Assembly: GCA_041659045.1 (NCBI GenBank)
Contig: JBAZZB010000001.1
Location: 6,111-70,110 of the forward strand
Length of the DNA stretch: 64,000 bases
Direction: 5' to 3'
From: Patescibacteria group bacterium
GTDB taxonomy: Bacteria; Patescibacteriota; Patescibacteriia; SG8-24; DYFX01
How positions within the stretch are numbered: position 1 is the first letter of the stretch; each line of letters begins with the position of its first letter. Made by a program: the position numbers and the translations under genes. Shown here piece by piece: positions 19,811-29,683 of this stretch. A model generated the notes under the pieces. That model made no database searches. It had not been told where the DNA came from and saw nothing but the letters and a program-made list of their open reading frames with translations.

Positions 19811-20941
19811 ATGGAAACCCTTCTCGTGCACGGCTCGACCGTGCTGCTCTTCATTATCGTTCTCGCCGTTCTTGTGCTCGTGCACGAGCTCGGTCATTTT
19901 CTGACCGCCCGATGGTTCGGCATCGACGTTGAAGAGTTCGGTTTCGGTTTTCCGCCGCGCATCTTCGGCGTGAAAAAAGGTAAGACGCTCTACACCCTCA
20001 ACTGGATTCCGCTTGGCGGCTTCGTGAAGATTAAAGGCGAAGACGATCCGGAAGCGCATGGTCCCGGTACGTTTGCCAACAAACCCGCTTGGGCGCGCGC
20101 GATTGTGATCGGCGCCGGCGTGTTCATGAACCTTGTTCTCGCGTCGATCTTGTTCGCAATCGGCCTTACGATCGGTATGCCGCAGGCGGTCGACAGTTTG
20201 CCCGCAAACGCCCGTGTGCGCGATCGCCAAGTGCAGATCATCGAAGTCCTGAAAGGCACGCCTGCTGAACAGGCCGGTTTGATGGCGGGGGATACCATCG
20301 TTTCGATCAATGATCAGGCCTTCACGAAGATTGAAGACATTCAAAACATCGTCAACATCGCGGAATCTTCCGTTAGTATTGAAATCCGTCGCGGGAAGAA
20401 AACTTTCACACAGGAACTTACGCCCGTGCTTGAACCGACACTCGGCAAGCGCGTCATGGGCGTCGGTTTGGTTGAAGCGGCCACGGTTTCCTATCCTTGG
20501 TACATTGCGATCGTTAAAGGTGTTCAAGCTACCGGTTTTTACCTGAAGGAGATCCTTCTGTCCTTTGCCGACCTCTTTAAAGGTCTCTTTGTCGGACAGA
20601 AATCCGACGTCGAATTCTCCGGCCCCGTTGGCATCGCCGTTTTGACCGGCCGCGCCGCCCGCCTCGGCTTCACGTATCTCCTGCAATTCGCCGCGCTTCT
20701 CTCCATCAACCTCGCCGTCATCAACGTCTTGCCGATTCCAGCGCTCGACGGCGGACGCCTCCTCTTCATCATCATCGAAAAAATCCGCGGCCGCTCTGTC
20801 CGTCCGGTCGTCGAAGCCGTCATTCACCGCATCGCCTTCTTCCTACTACTGGGCCTCATCGTGATCGTCACAGCCAAAGACCTCTCACGTTACGGAAACC
20901 AGATTTTGAAGGCACTGGGAAGTTTGATCGGGGTGTCTTGA
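19811..20941 (+). CDS. rseP: RIP metalloprotease RseP
   Basis: HELGH, PDZ domain, NVLPIPALDGG. Confidence 0.95.
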   Translation: METLLVHGSTVLLFIIVLAVLVLVHELGHFLTARWFGIDVEEFGFGFPPRIFGVKKGKTLYTLNWIPLGGFVKIKGEDDPEAHGPGTFANKPAWARAIVIGAGVFMNLVLASILFAIGLTIGMPQAVDSLPANARVRDRQVQIIEVLKGTPAEQAGLMAGDTIVSINDQAFTKIEDIQNIVNIAESSVSIEIRRGKKTFTQELTPVLEPTLGKRVMGVGLVEAATVSYPWYIAIVKGVQATGFYLKEILLSFADLFKGLFVGQKSDVEFSGPVGIAVLTGRAARLGFTYLLQFAALLSINLAVINVLPIPALDGGRLLFIIIEKIRGRSVRPVVEAVIHRIAFFLLLGLIVIVTAKDLSRYGNQILKALGSLIGVS

Positions 20942-21003
20942 CGTGAACGCTCAAACGTGATGGTGTGAAACCAGCGTGACTTCTGCGCGGAAAGAAGGCT
21001 GCG

Positions 21004-21543
21004 ATGTATCCCGTGACCTATCTCTCGAACCTCGTACACCGTCTCGTCAACCCCATGAGCCGTGCGCGACCGGCCAGGAGAACACGACCTGTCAGGGTCT
21101 TCGTCTGTTCGGATGAGACGCTCCCGGCGCTCATTGATCGCAGTGGGTACTGGCGTCTCTCCAGCTACGGTGTCCCGAAGGATTTTCACCGCGCCGAGTA
21201 TCCCAACCGAAACGTGCTGCCGCTCGTGAGCGGCTGGTCGACGGTCCAGGGGATCTTCTTCGATGCGCCGATCAGTTACGTGGAACTGGAGGATTTCTCG
21301 CGCGAGTCCGGTCTCGCCTTCGGCAGTAATTTCGAGCATGTGGCGCTCGATATGCAGCATCCGATGGCGATCGACGGTCGCAGACTCTGCTCCTTCGACC
21401 CCTACCCGTTTCTCATCTCCAAGGGCGCACGCGGTCGGCGGGAGCTATACCCGGACTGGGTACCCGGCCTCGGTTTTCCATGGCCGCAAGAGCACTGCTG
21501 GCTGTTTCGCCTACCGGAACCGTGCAACACTTCGTCGTCGTGA
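21004..21543 (+). CDS. Hypothetical protein (paralogue of 21653-22219)
   Basis: SD-led; C-terminal G.R....W........WLFRLP shared with the next gene. Confidence 0.7.
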   Translation: MYPVTYLSNLVHRLVNPMSRARPARRTRPVRVFVCSDETLPALIDRSGYWRLSSYGVPKDFHRAEYPNRNVLPLVSGWSTVQGIFFDAPISYVELEDFSRESGLAFGSNFEHVALDMQHPMAIDGRRLCSFDPYPFLISKGARGRRELYPDWVPGLGFPWPQEHCWLFRLPEPCNTSSS

Positions 21544-21652
21544 TCGCCTCATTCTCGAGGCGGTTTTTGTTTCAAGGTCTTCATTGACAAAAAATCAAAA
21601 TCATGATGCGCTGTCGGCAGCGCGACCTCTGCGCCGAAAGAAGGTGACCGTC

Positions 21653-22219
21653 ATGTGTCAATTGAAAAGCAATCTCTTCTCCAGTCTGCTCGAGTTCGTT
21701 GTTGCGATCGAGGCGCGAGAGGTCCATGTCCCTCCCGACGTGTCGATCAACGCGCTTATCGATCGCGCCGTCGGTCTGGGGATCCTTCCCGCCATCCACG
21801 AGTCGGAGCGCGCCATCCGCTACTTCGCCTCGCCGCACCAGAGCCAGCTCGGCTTGCGAGCCACGCAGCACGGCGTTTCTCGTGTCGCGGCCCTGGCCTT
21901 CGATCAGGACGTGAGCGATCACGAGGTCAAAGGGTTGGTCCGGCAGTACAACGAGCGTTGCGGCCTCGGCAAGCAGATCGCCTTCGCCACAGCTTTCGAA
22001 CTCATCGATCTCGAGATGCGGCATCCGGAGTTCCTACGCGGTCACGACGTCAGGGCTATCGAACCGGGTTTCAAGCTCGGCGGCGGCTCCTATCACCTCG
22101 CGATTTCTGATGCGCCGAACGGCAAGCGTCAGCATCGTGTGGAGTGGCACAAGCCCGGTAACAGTCGGCTTTCGGGCTGGTACTGGCTCTTCCGACTCCC
22201 GTCCCAACCGCCGGCCTGA
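21653..22219 (+). CDS. Hypothetical protein (paralogue of 21004-21543)
   Basis: TTGACA upstream, AAGAAGGT SD, shared C-terminal WLFRLP. Confidence 0.7.
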   Translation: MCQLKSNLFSSLLEFVVAIEAREVHVPPDVSINALIDRAVGLGILPAIHESERAIRYFASPHQSQLGLRATQHGVSRVAALAFDQDVSDHEVKGLVRQYNERCGLGKQIAFATAFELIDLEMRHPEFLRGHDVRAIEPGFKLGGGSYHLAISDAPNGKRQHRVEWHKPGNSRLSGWYWLFRLPSQPPA

Positions 22220-22293
22220 CCCCGCACCTACTCGCGGATCATGCGCCGCGGTTTTTTATTTACAAAAACAGGTCTTTCCCTTAAAGTACCCGT

Positions 22294-23352
22294 ATGAAAG
22301 AGAAGTTTGAACGGCTTCAAACCGAAGCCTCCTCGGCCTTTGCTGAGGCCAAAAATGCCGCTGAACTCGAAGCCGCGGAAATCAAATACCTCGGACGCAA
22401 AGGCTCCATGGCCGCTCTCATGCAAGGGATGGCCGGTTTGGCTTCGCATGAACGTCCGATGATGGGCAAGCTCGCCAATGAAGTGAAAGTCGCGATCGAC
22501 CGTGCGCTCGCCGAACGGAAGAAGGAACTCGAAGCTGAAAAGCTGGGCAAGCTCGCCACGGAAGAATGGATCGATCTCACGGCACCCGGCACGCGCCCAC
22601 CCGAAGGACACCTCCACCTTGTCACCGACGCCGTCTCGGCGATTACGGAAATTTTTTCGCGCATCGGTTTCACTCGCGTGCGCTATCCCGAAGTCGAATG
22701 GGATTGGTACGCCTTCGAAGCGCTCAATATGCCGAAAGATCATCCTGCGCGCGATGAGTGGGAAACATTCTTCATGGACGCTCCTGAGCATCCGAAGCTC
22801 GGCAAGATGGTGCTGACTCCGCATACTTCGTCCGGACAGGTGCGCGAGATGCAGAAAGGAAAGCTTCCGATCCGCATGATCAACATCTCGAAAACGTACC
22901 GCCGCCAGAGCGACGTGACGCATGTGCCGATGTTCCATCAGTTCGAAGGTTTGATGATCGACAAGAATGTTTCCGTCACGCACCTGAAAGGCGTGCTCGA
23001 TCATTTCGCGCGCGAATTTTTCGGACCGACGCGCGTGACGCGTCTGCGCCCCTTCCACTTCCGCTTCACCGAACCGTCGTTTGAAATTGATATCTCCTGC
23101 GACCTTTGCGGCGGTACTGGCAAAATCGGCGAAGCGAAATGTCGCGTCTGCAAAGAAGGCTGGCTCGAGCTCGGTGGCGCCGGCATGGTGCACCCGAACG
23201 TCCTCAAAGCCGGCGGCGTCGATCCGGAGAAGTGGAGTGGCTTCGCCTTCGGTTGGGGCGTCGAACGCACCATGATGATGCGCGAAGGCGTGAAGATCGA
23301 CGACATTCGCAGGCTCTATAAGAACGATTTCCGCTTCCTTCAACAGTTCTAA
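22294..23352 (+). CDS. pheS: Phenylalanine--tRNA ligase alpha subunit
   Basis: HPARD, PHTSSGQ, MFHQFEG, FRFTEPS, GFAFGWGVER. Confidence 0.97.
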   Translation: MKEKFERLQTEASSAFAEAKNAAELEAAEIKYLGRKGSMAALMQGMAGLASHERPMMGKLANEVKVAIDRALAERKKELEAEKLGKLATEEWIDLTAPGTRPPEGHLHLVTDAVSAITEIFSRIGFTRVRYPEVEWDWYAFEALNMPKDHPARDEWETFFMDAPEHPKLGKMVLTPHTSSGQVREMQKGKLPIRMINISKTYRRQSDVTHVPMFHQFEGLMIDKNVSVTHLKGVLDHFAREFFGPTRVTRLRPFHFRFTEPSFEIDISCDLCGGTGKIGEAKCRVCKEGWLELGGAGMVHPNVLKAGGVDPEKWSGFAFGWGVERTMMMREGVKIDDIRRLYKNDFRFLQQF

Positions 23353-23353
23353 T

Positions 23354-23689
23354 ATGGCCGCTTTCCTCGCCATTCTCGTCGCTCAGCTGCTGTACACCAC
23401 GGCCGACGTCTTTCAGAAGAAGGCGCTCGGCAATCTTGGATTTTCGTTTCGCACGTTCATTAATCCGGCGTTTGCCTTCACGTTCCTGATCTCCGCCACG
23501 GGCTTCGTCTTCCAAATGTACGCGCTCTCACGGATGGAACTCTCGCGCGCCATCATTCTCCTCGGCGTGATCGGTGTTGTCACCGCAGCTGTCGCCGGTA
23601 TCATCGTCTTCCACGACAAGTTCACCTGGTGGAATTGGCTCGGCGTCGCCTTCGCGATCGCAGCGATCGTGCTCGTCAAACTGAAATAG
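23354..23689 (+). CDS. Small 4-TM DMT/SMR-like membrane protein
   Basis: 111 aa, four hydrophobic helices; abuts pheS and pheT. Confidence 0.75.
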   Translation: MAAFLAILVAQLLYTTADVFQKKALGNLGFSFRTFINPAFAFTFLISATGFVFQMYALSRMELSRAIILLGVIGVVTAAVAGIIVFHDKFTWWNWLGVAFAIAAIVLVKLK

Positions 23690-23690
23690 C

Positions 23691-26102
23691 ATGAACCTCC
23701 TCGTCTCCTACAATTGGCTGAAGCAGTACGTAAAGCTGAAACAGACGCCGCAGGAATTTGCGGCGCGACTTTCGCTTTCCGGCCCGTCGATTGAGCGCAT
23801 CTATCCGCAAGGCGCGGCTCTGAACAATATTGTCGTCGGTAAGATCGTGAACGTGAAGCCGCATCCGAATGCTGACAAGCTCCGTGTCGTTGAAACGGAT
23901 TTGGGAACGATGACGAAAGATATTGTCTGTGGCGGATCAAACCTCGCTCCCGGGCAGCTCGTCGTCGTGGCACTGCCGGGTTCTTGGGTGAAGTGGCATG
24001 GAGAAGGGGAGCCGGTCGAAATCAAAGCGGCGGCACTGCGCGGCGTCGAATCCTACGGCATGATCTGCGGCGCCGACGAAGTCGGATTGCTTGATCGATT
24101 CCCCAAAAAAGAAGAGAAAGAAATTGTCGATCTCTCCGCACTGAAACTCAAACCAGGCACGCCGCTCGCTGAAGCCTTGAAACTCGATGACGTCATCTTT
24201 GACGTTGAAGTGACTTCTAACCGCCCCGACGCGTTTTGCATGACCGGCATGGCGCTTGAAGCATCCGCAATTTTGAACGCGCCACTCGTCTGGAAGACTC
24301 CTTCTCTTCCCACCCCGGCGAAAGCCGGGGCCCAGAAATCCTTGCCGCTCGCGGTTTCGGTTGAAGCGAAAAAACTCTGCCCGCGCTATCAGGCCGTCGT
24401 CATGAAAAACGTGAAGGTCGGCCCGAGCCCGGCTTGGATGAAAGAGCGCCTCGCCTCTGCCGGTGTCCGCTCGATCAACAATCTCGTTGATATCACCAAC
24501 TACGTCCGCCTCGAACTCGGGCAACCGATGCACGTGTTTGATTACGAAAAACTCGCCGGCGCCAAAATCATCGTGCGCGAAGCGAAAGCGGGGGAGAAAC
24601 TCAAGGCGCTCGACGGCAATGCGTACGAACTCAAGGCCGGACAGCTCGTGATCGCTGATGCCGCGCAGCCTGTTGCCGTGGCTGGTGTCATGGGTGGAGA
24701 AGAAAGCGGAACAACAGAAGGCACGACGACGATCGTTTTCGAATCGGCGTCTTTCGACTCCGTTTCGGTGCGCCGTACCGCCCGCGCCCTCAACCTGCAT
24801 TCCGATTCCTCGCAGCTTTACGAAAAGGGTCTCTCGACCGAGATCACTTCCGCTGCGCTCGCGCGCGCGGCCGAACTCGCCAACGAACTCGCCGGAGCCG
24901 AACTCGTCTCTAAGATCATCGACGTCCGCGCTTCCACCTACAAACCGCTTGTCTTTCCGTTCCGCCCGTCGCGCGCCGCCGAACTCATCGGCGTCGATCT
25001 TCCGGCCAAGGAAATGCTTCGGATTTTGAAAGCGCTGGGATTCAAAACGACCGGTACTGGCAAGCAATGGAAAGTTACGGTTCCACCTTGGCGCGATCAT
25101 GACATCGAAGGTGAACGCGACCTCGTCGAAGAAGTCGCGCGCGTCTACGGCTACGGCAATCTTCCTTCGGTGCTGCCGGAGGGCCAGTTGCCGCTCGCCA
25201 CGCCGGATCGTTCGCTTGTATGGGAAGACCGTGCCAAGCGCCATCTGAAAGATTGGGGCTTCACCGAGCTCATGACCTACTCGTTCGTGTCGAAAGACTT
25301 GGCCGAGAAATCGAGCTGCGGCGAACAATCGATGGTGCGCATCAACAATCCGCTGACGGAAGAGTTTGAATACATGCGCGATCGCTTGATTGGCAGCGTG
25401 CTCAAAGTCATTGCTGAAAACCAAGAGGAGTCGGTAGAGGGGCGCACTTTCGAATTGGCCAACGTCTACACGCCGCGCCCAGGCGACTTGCCGCTCGAAA
25501 CTCCGCGCCTCGTCATCGCTTCTTGGAGCCGTCATGAAGATGGACGCGATGTTTTCGCGATCAAAGGCATCATCGAAGCCTTGCTTGAAACGTTCGGCAT
25601 TCGCGGCGCGAAGTTCGAACGTGGTACGGGTTCCGACGTCTGGCACCCGGGTCGCAGTGGCGTCGTGAACGTCGGCGATCAAACGCTTGGCGGTTTCGGA
25701 GAATTCCACCCGCAGTTTTTGAAGCGCTTCGGCATCGACCGTCGCGTGGCCGCCGTCTCGCTCGATTTCCCGATGCTCGCTTCGTGGGCCAACGAAGCCA
25801 AGTTCTACGCCCCGATCCCGGAGTTCCCGCGCGTGAAGCGCGACTTGGCTTTCGTCGTCGAACGCCACTTGGAACACGCCGCGATTGCCGCCAAGCTCGA
25901 AAACGCCGATCCGCTCGTCGCTTCTGTCGAGTTGTTCGACGTGTACGAGGGCGAGAACCTTGGCGCAGGCAAGAAGAGTATGGCGTATCATCTTGAATTC
26001 GCCGCCACCGACCGCACGCTCAAGGCCGAAGAAGTCGATCAAGTTCTCGAGGCTCTCCGCGTAAAACTAAAAAGCGACTTCGGAGCCGAAGTCCGTTCCT
26101 AA
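23691..26102 (+). CDS. pheT: Phenylalanine--tRNA ligase beta subunit
   Basis: HPNADKL, RGVESYGMIC, INNLVDITNY, DLVEEVARVYGY, FDX-ACB C-terminus. Confidence 0.97.
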   Translation: MNLLVSYNWLKQYVKLKQTPQEFAARLSLSGPSIERIYPQGAALNNIVVGKIVNVKPHPNADKLRVVETDLGTMTKDIVCGGSNLAPGQLVVVALPGSWVKWHGEGEPVEIKAAALRGVESYGMICGADEVGLLDRFPKKEEKEIVDLSALKLKPGTPLAEALKLDDVIFDVEVTSNRPDAFCMTGMALEASAILNAPLVWKTPSLPTPAKAGAQKSLPLAVSVEAKKLCPRYQAVVMKNVKVGPSPAWMKERLASAGVRSINNLVDITNYVRLELGQPMHVFDYEKLAGAKIIVREAKAGEKLKALDGNAYELKAGQLVIADAAQPVAVAGVMGGEESGTTEGTTTIVFESASFDSVSVRRTARALNLHSDSSQLYEKGLSTEITSAALARAAELANELAGAELVSKIIDVRASTYKPLVFPFRPSRAAELIGVDLPAKEMLRILKALGFKTTGTGKQWKVTVPPWRDHDIEGERDLVEEVARVYGYGNLPSVLPEGQLPLATPDRSLVWEDRAKRHLKDWGFTELMTYSFVSKDLAEKSSCGEQSMVRINNPLTEEFEYMRDRLIGSVLKVIAENQEESVEGRTFELANVYTPRPGDLPLETPRLVIASWSRHEDGRDVFAIKGIIEALLETFGIRGAKFERGTGSDVWHPGRSGVVNVGDQTLGGFGEFHPQFLKRFGIDRRVAAVSLDFPMLASWANEAKFYAPIPEFPRVKRDLAFVVERHLEHAAIAAKLENADPLVASVELFDVYEGENLGAGKKSMAYHLEFAATDRTLKAEEVDQVLEALRVKLKSDFGAEVRS

Positions 26103-26111
26103 CCATCATCT

Positions 26112-26402
26112 ATGGCTACACGCAACGAATTCATCCAGCGCCAGCACGACGAAGTCCGCGAGACGCTCGAACGCCTGCGCGAGCACGCCATGGGGTTTGA
26201 AGAAAAAATGCAGGAAGGCGAAGACGCCGAAGAGTGGCAGCCCCTCGTCGACGAGGCAAAAGCCGGCGTCGCCGCGCTCGAACCGGTCCTGGCCGACTTC
26301 GACAACGTCGGCGTCGATCCTGAAGAGCTCGTGCAATACGCGCAAATCATCGAACACTGGCAGATGCGCGAAGCCGAGTTCGCCAAGACGCTTCAGTCGT
26401 GA
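26112..26402 (+). CDS. Hypothetical acidic protein
   Basis: Co-oriented ORF with host-like codon usage. Confidence 0.65.
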   Translation: MATRNEFIQRQHDEVRETLERLREHAMGFEEKMQEGEDAEEWQPLVDEAKAGVAALEPVLADFDNVGVDPEELVQYAQIIEHWQMREAEFAKTLQS

Positions 26403-26426
26403 TATCCTAAGGCCATAAAGGAGGAT

Positions 26427-26798
26427 ATGGTCATCGCATCATCAAAAGACATCTTGTTCGTCGTCTTGGCGTTCTGCGCCCTCTGGTTCACGGTCTTCGT
26501 GTGCTGGGCGCTCTATTACGTCATCGGCATGCTCCGCGACGCCTCGTTTATCATGCGTGAGATCCACGATAAGATCTCCGCTATCGATAAGGCGATCAGC
26601 GCGGTACGCGAAAAGGTGGAAACCTCGTTCGGCAGCTTCGGTATCGCCGCGGCTGGACTCAAGATGCTCGGCGGATACCTCGACAAGCGCAAGGGAAAAG
26701 CGGCGGCTCAAGTCGAAAAAGCGGCTGAATTGCTCAAGAAGAAAGCCAACAAAGTGAAAAAGAAGATTCAGGAAGAACTGGAAGAAGATAGCGACTGA
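26427..26798 (+). CDS. Hypothetical membrane protein with coiled-coil tail
   Basis: AAGGAGG SD, N-terminal TM, downstream terminator. Confidence 0.75.
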   Translation: MVIASSKDILFVVLAFCALWFTVFVCWALYYVIGMLRDASFIMREIHDKISAIDKAISAVREKVETSFGSFGIAAAGLKMLGGYLDKRKGKAAAQVEKAAELLKKKANKVKKKIQEELEEDSD

Positions 26799-26886
26799 CG
26801 CAAGAAACCCCTTTGGCCAACACCGAAGGGGTTTTGATTTACGGCGAGAAGCTGCTATTCTTTGGGCGAAGATTCACTTTACGCTT

Positions 26887-27330
26887 ATGGAAACGCAACA
26901 CGGACTCCCGGGTGTCAGCTGCATGGACTTGAGGAAAATTCAGGAAAGCGAAAAGCCGCACGTCTTAATCGACGTACGCGACTTGGCCGACTACGAAGCT
27001 GGTCACGTCGAAGGCTCGATTCACGTGCCGCTGCGCGAGCTTGAAACGAACATTGATGGTGTTGTGCCGTTGAAAGACGAATACGTCATCGTGATCGGCG
27101 AAGAGCGCGGTTTCGCCCCAGAAACATACGAACAGTTGAAGAACAAAGGCTATACGAACGTCGAATTCCTGCTCGGAGGTTTCGATGAATGGTGCAAACC
27201 CGCGACTCCGGACATCAGCGATCTCAAAGAAGACGCAGAAATGGAAAAAGAGATTGCGGAAGACCGTTCTGGGCACGGCGAAGACCAGGACAACATCGAG
27301 CAAGGTACTCAGGACGAGCCCTTGATGTGA
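26887..27330 (+). CDS. Rhodanese-like domain protein (active-site Cys apparently absent)
   Basis: LIDVR...YEAGHVEGSIHVP...LLGGFDEW; the loop reads VIVIGEERG. Confidence 0.85.
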   Translation: METQHGLPGVSCMDLRKIQESEKPHVLIDVRDLADYEAGHVEGSIHVPLRELETNIDGVVPLKDEYVIVIGEERGFAPETYEQLKNKGYTNVEFLLGGFDEWCKPATPDISDLKEDAEMEKEIAEDRSGHGEDQDNIEQGTQDEPLM

Positions 27331-27432
27331 GGTGGGGAGGGGAATTGACAAAAAAGCCGATATTCATTGGCTCCCCGCCAGATAGTTGCTATACTTCCTA
27401 ACGTATCTAAGACTTATCCACAGAGAGATTGT

Positions 27433-27714
27433 ATGGCTAAGATGAGCAAGTCCCAGGTCGTCGCCGCGATGGCCGAAAAGAGCGGTTTGTCCAAGAAGGA
27501 CGCCGGCATGTACCTCGAGAACCTCGCTAAATTGGCTGAAACGGAAGTGAAGAAGGCCGGCGAATTCGTTCTCCCGGGCTTCGGCAAACTCGTGAAGATG
27601 CACCGCAAGGAGCGCATGGGCCGCAACCCGGCCACGGGCCAGCCGGTCAAGATCGCCGCAAAGACGGTCGTGAAGTTCCGCCTCGCGAAAGCGATGAAGG
27701 ACGCCGTTCTCTAA
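27433..27714 (+). CDS. hup: DNA-binding protein HU
   Basis: LPGFGK, GRNPATG, VKFR. Confidence 0.95.
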   Translation: MAKMSKSQVVAAMAEKSGLSKKDAGMYLENLAKLAETEVKKAGEFVLPGFGKLVKMHRKERMGRNPATGQPVKIAAKTVVKFRLAKAMKDAVL

Positions 27715-27721
27715 GAGAACC

Positions 27722-27752
27722 AAAAAAAAACCCCGCATGCGCGGGGTTTTTT
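27722..27752 (+). terminator. Intrinsic terminator after hup
   Basis: aaaaccccgc-atgc-gcggggtttttt. Confidence 0.85.
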
Positions 27753-27837
27753 GATTTTGCCGTCGCTGCCATGCTCTCTTGACGAAAGGGCCATTTTTTG
27801 GTAGCTTCGATCGGTCTTTCATTACGAGGAGCATACA

Positions 27838-29016
27838 TTGCACTACGACGACATTGTCATCGGACTCGGTGCCATGGGCAGTTCGACGGTCTATCAGCTC
27901 ACCAAGCGCGGGCGGAAAACGCTCGGGATCGACGAGCGCGAGGTGGGACAGAAGCATCTGCCTGGAGAACGTGGGGCGCGCGTCACGCGCACGGCGATCG
28001 GCGATGATGGGGTACACACTCCGTTCGCCCGTCGTTCGGACGAACTGCTCGACGAGCTCGAGCGCGCGTCGTCCGTGCGACTCCGTATGAAGACAGGCGG
28101 CTTGCTTGTCAGAAAGCCGGACTCCGAGGCGTCCGAACTCGTGTCGAAACCCTTCGAACGGGAGGCAGCCTCGGCTCGGTCCTACGGCGTCGGCTACGAG
28201 TGGCTCGAAGCCAAGGATATTCGCCGCCGGTTTTCGCCACTACGTGTGCGGTTCGGCGAGATCGGTTACTACGAACCCGAATCCGGGTACGTGAAGCCCG
28301 GACATTGCGTTTCGATCCAGCTCGGTTTGGCCGGCCTCTCCGGAGCGGAGATTCGTCGTGGCGAGCGCGCGCTGTCGTTCCACGCATGTTCTGATGGCGT
28401 CTCCGTCGAAACCAATCGCGGAACGTATCGTGCCGAGCGCTTGATCGTCTGCGTCGGGGCATGGGCGTCGGATCTGCTCGGTGAGGCGTTCGCGGAACGC
28501 AGCTCGTTGCGGCACGAGACCGTCTACTGCTTCGAAGTCGCCGACGAGCGGCCTTTCCTGCCCAAGAACTTCCCGGTCTTCACGTGGGGACAGCAGAACT
28601 CCCACAAGGAGATCCATGGCTTTCCAGCCGTCGACGGTTTCGAGGGCGGCGTGAAGATCGCCACCGAACGAAACGTCAAAGCGGGAATCTCTGTGAAGTC
28701 GGAGCGCGTCGTGAGTCCCGAGGAAGCGGCTGCCATGCACGAAAGCTGTATTGCGCCGCGTATGCGAGGCGTCACCTCCCGGATCCTCAAGGCCTGGACC
28801 CGCACGTGTGCGGTTCCTAACAACGCGGGGTTCACCGTCGATCGGCATCCCGAGTCCGCCGCGATTACGGTTGTCTCGGCTTGCACGGGCTTCGGTTCCA
28901 AGTATGCGCCTGCCGTCGGCGAAGCGATTGCACAGACGCTTGTCGACGGTCGCAGCGCGCTCGATCTCACAGCCTTTCGATCGGATCGTTCACGAGACTC
29001 CATGGCCATCGCCTAG
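27838..29016 (+). CDS. FAD-dependent oxidoreductase, SolA/monomeric sarcosine oxidase-like (diverged)
   Basis: IVIGLGAMGS dinucleotide motif, VGAW, SACTGFGSKYAPAVG; TTG start with GAGGAG SD. Confidence 0.8.
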   Translation: MHYDDIVIGLGAMGSSTVYQLTKRGRKTLGIDEREVGQKHLPGERGARVTRTAIGDDGVHTPFARRSDELLDELERASSVRLRMKTGGLLVRKPDSEASELVSKPFEREAASARSYGVGYEWLEAKDIRRRFSPLRVRFGEIGYYEPESGYVKPGHCVSIQLGLAGLSGAEIRRGERALSFHACSDGVSVETNRGTYRAERLIVCVGAWASDLLGEAFAERSSLRHETVYCFEVADERPFLPKNFPVFTWGQQNSHKEIHGFPAVDGFEGGVKIATERNVKAGISVKSERVVSPEEAAAMHESCIAPRMRGVTSRILKAWTRTCAVPNNAGFTVDRHPESAAITVVSACTGFGSKYAPAVGEAIAQTLVDGRSALDLTAFRSDRSRDSMAIA

Positions 29017-29082
29017 GGGTCTCTTTTTCTTTCGAACGCGGTTTCGTGTATACTCTCTTCATTACGCTTTTATTTTTTCCAT

Positions 29083-29148
29083 ATGGCCAAAGGGAACAAC
29101 TCCCAGCAGCGCGAAAAGAAGAAGCCCAAAGGCGGCAAGAAAAAGTAG
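29083..29148 (+). CDS. 21-aa Lys-rich micropeptide MAKGNNSQQREKKKPKGGKKK
   Basis: TATACT upstream and terminator directly downstream; below the ORF-track size cutoff. Confidence 0.6.
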   Translation: MAKGNNSQQREKKKPKGGKKK

Positions 29149-29224
29149 TCTTGCAAGGCACCTCCGTACGGGGGTGTTTTTCTTTTGTGGCGTGGCTGCG
29201 CGTTTTTGTATAGACTTTTGGTAT

Positions 29225-29680
29225 ATGACGCAAGAGAATTTCAGTATCGCGCATACGCGCGTGATCGGCGCGACTCGCAAACGCGTCTGGCAGGCTTTCA
29301 CCGATCCGGAACACATTTCCGAATGGTGGGGGCCGAACGGTTTTACGACCGAGACGGAAACGATGGACGTGCGACCCGGCGGCGCGTGGCGCTCGGTCAT
29401 GCGCGGACCCGACGGCGAAACATATCCCAACCATTTCACATACAAGGAAGTCGTCGAGCCCGAGCGGCTTGTCTATGCTCACGGAGATTTTCAAGTCGGT
29501 GAGACGTGGTACAAGGGCTTCACGTCTGAAGTGATGTTTGAAGAGGAGGGGAGAAAGACGAAGGTGACGCTTCGCGCTGTGTTCGCTTCGGAGGAAGAAC
29601 TCGAAAAGCAAAAGATGCTCGGTGCCGACGAAGGGGGAGCACAAACGCTCGCTCGGCTCGATAGCTATCTCTCAAAATAA
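29225..29680 (+). CDS. SRPBCC/AHSA1 domain protein
   Basis: RVWQAFTDPEHISEWWGPNG...DVRPGG. Confidence 0.9.
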   Translation: MTQENFSIAHTRVIGATRKRVWQAFTDPEHISEWWGPNGFTTETETMDVRPGGAWRSVMRGPDGETYPNHFTYKEVVEPERLVYAHGDFQVGETWYKGFTSEVMFEEEGRKTKVTLRAVFASEEELEKQKMLGADEGGAQTLARLDSYLSK

Positions 29681-29683
29681 TCT

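Noticed and set aside
23937-26042. Long antisense ORFs (also 8731-10002, 15757-17421, 44437-46002, 49838-51301, 54410-56176)
   Set aside because: Shadow frames opposite well-identified genes, expected from GC-rich codon bias; no motifs
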